Shown: one piece after another, positions 59,789 to 64,000 of the stretch | Position numbering within the stretch: position 1 is the stretch's first letter | How the letters are laid out: every line of letters starts with the position of its first letter | Assembly: GCA_964015875.1 (NCBI GenBank) | Contig: CAXHEV010000002.1 | Span: 11,310 to 75,309 of the forward strand | Direction: 5' to 3' | Length of the DNA stretch: 64,000 bases | Source of the DNA: an uncultured Candidatus Poseidoniales archaeon | Lineage (GTDB): Archaea > Thermoplasmatota > Poseidoniia > Poseidoniales > Poseidoniaceae | Notes under the pieces: generated by a model | Told to the model about the DNA's origin: nothing | What the model saw: the letters and a program-made list of their open reading frames with translations, nothing else | Databases searched by the model: none | Made by a program: the position numbers and the translations under genes

Positions 59789-62685
59789 TGAGCAATGCAT
59801 GGCACGACATTAGTCCAGAAGAAACTTTTTCGAAACTTGAAACCCAATCTGAAGGCCTCACAGAGCAAGAAGTTCTCATTCGTCGAGAGAAGTACGGGCA
59901 AAATAAGTTACAAGAACCGGATAAAACACCAGCATGGCTACGATTCCTCTCTCAATACAATGATCCACTCAATTATCTCTTGATCGGTGCGGCACTCATT
60001 GCGCTTGCCATCAATCCCGAACACCCAGGGGATGCTATTTTCATATTCCTCGTGTTGACGGCAAATGCAACATTCGGTTTCTGGCAAGAAGGACAGGCAG
60101 AACAAGCCATGGATGCTCTGAAACAGATGGCCGTATCAAGCTGCATCGTCGTGCGTGATGGTGTTGAGCAGGAAGTTTCCACACCATTATTGGTTCCAGG
60201 AGACGTCGTCAAACTGGAAGAAGGTATCAATGTCCCAGCAGATGTAAGGATTGTAGAATCATACCAGTGTAAAGTCGATGAGTCCTCGCTGACAGGTGAA
60301 TCCGATAGCATTAGCAAGACAACAGCGGCTCTTCCAGCGGAAGCCTTGCTCGCAGATCGCAATAACATGGCCTATATGGGTACCAGCATCGCAACAGGCA
60401 GAGCTGTTGGGATCGTAGTCAACGTTGGCATGAATACAGAACTTGGCCGAATTGCAAGTGACATTGTAGGGTCGGAATCACCTAAAACACCTCTCGAGCA
60501 CAAACTTGAGTCCCTCGGTAAGTTCCTTGGTTTCATAGCACTTATTGTTGCGGTGCTTTTGGTGTCGATTGAACTCATCATCGCTCTTGGCGATCCTACG
60601 GCCAATCTGAGGGACGTGGCGATTGAGCAATTCATTATTGCCATTGCAATATTTGTTGCCATTGTTCCAGAAGGATTACCCATTATTCTGGTGATTACAC
60701 TCGCTCTTGGTATGCGTAATATGGCCCAACACAAAGCGATTATTCGTCGTATGAAGGCCGTTGAAACCCTCGGTTCAACAACAGTAATTTGCTCGGATAA
60801 AACAGGAACACTCACGAAAAATCAAATGACAGCTCGACAGTTGACGACAACAGAAGGAACATTCACTATTTCTGGTGAAGGGTTCAAACCTTCTGGAGAT
60901 CTCTCCTATAACGGCACTGTGGTCACCAATGATGAATTGTCAACCTTTCAAAGTGATTTGGCATTTCGACTCTCTGCTGCCTGTTTGAGTTTGTGCCATA
61001 ATTCTCAAATTTCGAAAGTTGATGGACAATGGCAGGCCTTAGGAGACCCAACAGATTCTGCATGTGCGGTACTCGGTTGGAAGATCAATGGAGATGTGAA
61101 GAAATTCGCACAACGACATTCGAGGCTTCATGAATTCTTCTTTGATACAACCCGAAAAAGAATGTCCGTCATTCATGACTATGAAGGCGAGCGCTGGGTC
61201 TTCTCTAAGGGTGGTGCCGGCGGTTATGTCACACTTGTCGATTGGAAAATCAAAGACGGAGAAATCGTTCCTATCGAACAAACAGACTTCGATTTGGCTT
61301 CGGAAGCCAACAAAGAAATGGCGGGTCAAGCGATGCGAGTTATCGCTCTCTGTGCACGCCGGCTTGGTGATGATGAGGACATTAACGACCTCAAAACAGT
61401 TGAATCAAGTTTTATTTTCTTGGGACTTGTTGGCATTATGGATCCACCTCGTGCTGAAGTCAAGGACGCCATAGAATTGTGCCAGCGAGCAGGCATACGT
61501 GTCAAGATGATCACTGGTGATCAACAATATACAGCAGAAGCAATTGGACGAGAACTCAACATAACAGAAGGAGGTATCGCTCCAGTTCACGGCGGAGCCT
61601 TATCTTCTTTTGATGATGACCAAATGGCAGAAGCATCGTCCCAAGCATCCATTTTCTCGAGGGTCACACCTGAACAGAAAATGCGCATTGTTTCCTCTCT
61701 ACAAGATCAGGGTGAAATTGTTGCCATGACAGGTGATGGTGTGAATGATGCACCAGCCCTGTCACGCGCCAACATTGGAATTGCAATGGGGATTGCGGGT
61801 ACAGATGTGGCAAAAGATGCCGCTGATATGGTGCTTCAAGATGATAATTTTGCTAATATCGTCCATGCGGTGGAGGAAGGCCGAAAAATCTACCAAAACA
61901 TTCGCAACTTTGTGAGATACCAAGTATCCACCAACGTTGCAGCTGTTGCTTTGATTATCATCTCCACGCTGTTGTTTGGTTGGAAGTTGCCATTGACAGC
62001 AACTCAAATCCTTGTGATTAACATCCTCATGGACGGGCCACCAGCCGTTGCCTTGGGTGTAGAAAAGAAGCATGGTGATGTTATGAATCAACCCCCGAGG
62101 CCTGTGAATGAAGGCCTTCCAAGTTCGAAAGACATCGCCCTTATTTTCTTCTTAGGTGCAGTCATGGTCACGGGAACCCTATTGGTCTTCTTCCTTGCAG
62201 GTGGGGGAGTTTGGGAAAAGGGAGATTCATGTAATTTGCATCCGTTAGAAGACCCTGCAAATGCTCCGTTTGATGTTGAACTTTGTGAACAAGGCGATGA
62301 AGTAGCGCTTGCCCAATCACACGACTACAAGAATGACTTGTTTGATCATGCACAGACCATGACCTTTGGTGTGTTCATTGTGTATCAACTGTTCAATGTC
62401 ATGAATTGCAGAAGCAATCGTGAAAGTGCGTTTAAACTCGGTCTTTTCTCAAATAAGTGGATCAACTATGCATTCCTTCTTTCGCTTGGTTTGTTGTTGT
62501 TCTTCGTACAATTTGCCGAAGCCACCATTCCATTTACTTCCATCGCCATTGGTTCGCTCATGACAACAACGCCCCTTAATTCCACAGATTGGGCCATCAT
62601 ATTCGCTGTGGCTGGTTCTGTGTTTGTCATTGAAGAGTTTCGTAAATTCATCGTCAACTCAAAGTTCTTCATGCCAGGAAACTAA
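59788..62685 (+). CDS. P-type ATPase, P2A (Ca2+/Mn2+-type)
   Basis: DESSLTGES, PEGL, DKTGTLT, KG, DPPR, MITGD, TGDGVND and QILVINILMDGPPA. Start at ATG 59788. Confidence 0.94.
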   Translation: MSNAWHDISPEETFSKLETQSEGLTEQEVLIRREKYGQNKLQEPDKTPAWLRFLSQYNDPLNYLLIGAALIALAINPEHPGDAIFIFLVLTANATFGFWQEGQAEQAMDALKQMAVSSCIVVRDGVEQEVSTPLLVPGDVVKLEEGINVPADVRIVESYQCKVDESSLTGESDSISKTTAALPAEALLADRNNMAYMGTSIATGRAVGIVVNVGMNTELGRIASDIVGSESPKTPLEHKLESLGKFLGFIALIVAVLLVSIELIIALGDPTANLRDVAIEQFIIAIAIFVAIVPEGLPIILVITLALGMRNMAQHKAIIRRMKAVETLGSTTVICSDKTGTLTKNQMTARQLTTTEGTFTISGEGFKPSGDLSYNGTVVTNDELSTFQSDLAFRLSAACLSLCHNSQISKVDGQWQALGDPTDSACAVLGWKINGDVKKFAQRHSRLHEFFFDTTRKRMSVIHDYEGERWVFSKGGAGGYVTLVDWKIKDGEIVPIEQTDFDLASEANKEMAGQAMRVIALCARRLGDDEDINDLKTVESSFIFLGLVGIMDPPRAEVKDAIELCQRAGIRVKMITGDQQYTAEAIGRELNITEGGIAPVHGGALSSFDDDQMAEASSQASIFSRVTPEQKMRIVSSLQDQGEIVAMTGDGVNDAPALSRANIGIAMGIAGTDVAKDAADMVLQDDNFANIVHAVEEGRKIYQNIRNFVRYQVSTNVAAVALIIISTLLFGWKLPLTATQILVINILMDGPPAVALGVEKKHGDVMNQPPRPVNEGLPSSKDIALIFFLGAVMVTGTLLVFFLAGGGVWEKGDSCNLHPLEDPANAPFDVELCEQGDEVALAQSHDYKNDLFDHAQTMTFGVFIVYQLFNVMNCRSNRESAFKLGLFSNKWINYAFLLSLGLLLFFVQFAEATIPFTSIAIGSLMTTTPLNSTDWAIIFAVAGSVFVIEEFRKFIVNSKFFMPGN

Positions 62686-62744
62686 ATTGGATTGTCTCAC
62701 GGGGAAAACCACATCTTCAAGAACACAACACGTGAGGATTAGGC

Positions 62745-63959
62745 ATGTCAGTGTGGACTTCGTCAAGAAGCGAGGCTGGCTGTTCACCGGACTGGCAGAC
62801 GACTTTAGCCCGCAACCTGGCCTCCACTGCAGACTGGAGCCCCCCTCTCCACCCTATCGTCAAGAAATTAGCGACTGGCCAACCGCTCAATGTTGCTGAC
62901 GGACTGCTTCTTTACAACCACGCAGATTTGAACGAAGTAGGAAGGCTCGCTCACCACGTGCGAACGGCAAGATTCGACAATATGGCATTCTTCAACAGTA
63001 ATGTTCACGTGAACCAGACAAATGTTTGCGTTCTAGCGTGCAAGTTCTGTGCCTTTAGGCGAAGCAAGAAAGCCAAGGACGCCTATGCGCTAGACATCGA
63101 AGCCTACATTGAAGACTTGGGTCAATATTCCGACCACGTTGATGAAGTCCATTCCGTGGGAGGATTGCATCCTGATTGGGGTGTAGAGCACTATGAAGAA
63201 CTATTCAAAGCTACAAGAGAAACCTACCCTCACATCACCATCAAAGCCTTGACTGCTGTCGAAATAAAACACCTTTCACTTGTATCAGATATGAGTTATG
63301 AGGAAACATTGACACGGCTCAAGGATGCAGGGCTTGGTTCCCTTCCAGGTGGTGGGGCAGAGATCCTCGATGATGATGTCCGCGCCATCATTTGCAACGG
63401 CAAGGAAAGTTCCGAAGAATACCTAGAAATTCATCGCACTGCTCACAAGGTCGGCCTTTCAACCAATTGCACAATGTTGTTTGGCACGATAGAAACCCTA
63501 GAGCAACGTCTCAACCACATGGTTTCCCTGAGAGAATTAGCTCGCGAAACTCGTGGTTTCCAATGCTTTGTCCCCTATCCATACCTTCCTGACAACAGCC
63601 GTCTCCCAGAAGCTCAATTAGCCACAGGTAGTGAAATATTGAGAACGATTGCTATTTCTCGCTTGATGCTGGACACGATCCCCCACATCAAGGCTTATCG
63701 AATGAACATCGGTGATGAGTTAGCGGAATTAGCTCTTCAATTTGGCGCAGATGATATCGATGGGACGGTCCAAAAAGAGTCAATCATGCATCTCGCCGGC
63801 TCAACCACACCGCTAGAACACGATCGTTTCCAGCTCTCTAGGTTGATCAAAGACGCAGGCTGCGTCCCAATTCAGAGAAATACAACCTATGAACGATTCG
63901 AGGTCTATCAAGCTCCAGCACCAAAACGAATTCGTCGGCTCAATGTTGTCCAAAACTGA
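62745..63959 (+). CDS. mqnE: CofH/MqnC-family radical SAM protein, probably aminofutalosine synthase
   Basis: NQTNVCVLACKFCAF, VGGLHPD, IKALTAVEI, SLPGGGAEI, TMLFG, HIKAY and FGADDIDGT. Confidence 0.8.
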   Translation: MSVWTSSRSEAGCSPDWQTTLARNLASTADWSPPLHPIVKKLATGQPLNVADGLLLYNHADLNEVGRLAHHVRTARFDNMAFFNSNVHVNQTNVCVLACKFCAFRRSKKAKDAYALDIEAYIEDLGQYSDHVDEVHSVGGLHPDWGVEHYEELFKATRETYPHITIKALTAVEIKHLSLVSDMSYEETLTRLKDAGLGSLPGGGAEILDDDVRAIICNGKESSEEYLEIHRTAHKVGLSTNCTMLFGTIETLEQRLNHMVSLRELARETRGFQCFVPYPYLPDNSRLPEAQLATGSEILRTIAISRLMLDTIPHIKAYRMNIGDELAELALQFGADDIDGTVQKESIMHLAGSTTPLEHDRFQLSRLIKDAGCVPIQRNTTYERFEVYQAPAPKRIRRLNVVQN

Positions 63960-63968
63960 GGTCACTGC

Positions 63969-64000
63969 ATGGCAACAACTGAGCAGCAATGGAAAACCGT
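63969..64000 (+). CDS. Probable start of the next gene (MATTEQQWKT...), truncated
   Basis: ATG 9 nt after the mqnE stop; open to the window edge. Confidence 0.4.
   Translation, partial: MATTEQQWKT

Noticed and set aside
62696..62736. CTCACG/CGTGAG inverted repeat before mqnE
   Set aside because: It flanks the putative promoter of an apparently leaderless gene, so it is not a riboswitch; a 6-bp match may be chance.
1..64000. tRNA, rRNA, SRP RNA, CRISPR, IS or provirus; long antisense ORFs (e.g. 11906-12868, 49370-50182)
   Set aside because: Intergenic gaps are short, and I saw no cloverleaf, repeat-spacer array, transposase or integrase by eye. The antisense ORFs mirror conserved genes and lack motifs.

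Overview
Gene-dense archaeal chromosome segment with no tRNA, rRNA, CRISPR array or mobile element that I could see. Gene content points to a Marine Group II euryarchaeote (Ca. Poseidoniales, Thermoplasmatota); this is an inference from aEF-2/uS7/uS12, the proteasome-SBDS-exosome-L37Ae-Pcc1-prefoldin superoperon, TiaS, archaeosortase, RFC-L, SRP54, an IDI1-GGPP synthase fusion and a large acidic lectin/PPC/TSP3 surface protein. Most of the window is housekeeping: translation, RNA decay, CoA and isoprenoid synthesis, the non-oxidative pentose phosphate pathway, and K+/Ca2+/peptide transport. The best candidate for an undescribed system is at about 1.3-4.4 kb: an actin that by recalled motifs resembles magnetosome MamK, a coupled coiled-coil/acidic partner, and flanking Zn-ribbon proteins, with no magnetosome genes in the window. 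Other leads: (i) a Get3-like ATPase with a putative HSP20-like C-terminal domain directly upstream of SRP54; (ii) a non-canonical TATA-like hexamer (mostly WT[C/G]AWR) ending 23-24 nt before many ATGs, implying widespread leaderless mRNAs; (iii) a hairpin, U8 tract and MGGFF uORF in front of the P-type ATPase; (iv) Cys-pair insertions in three unrelated transporters; (v) a degenerate HMGCS-DUF35 fusion lacking Zn ligands. All family calls come from motifs recognised by eye; no searches were run. Many start codons were shortened relative to the ORF track.
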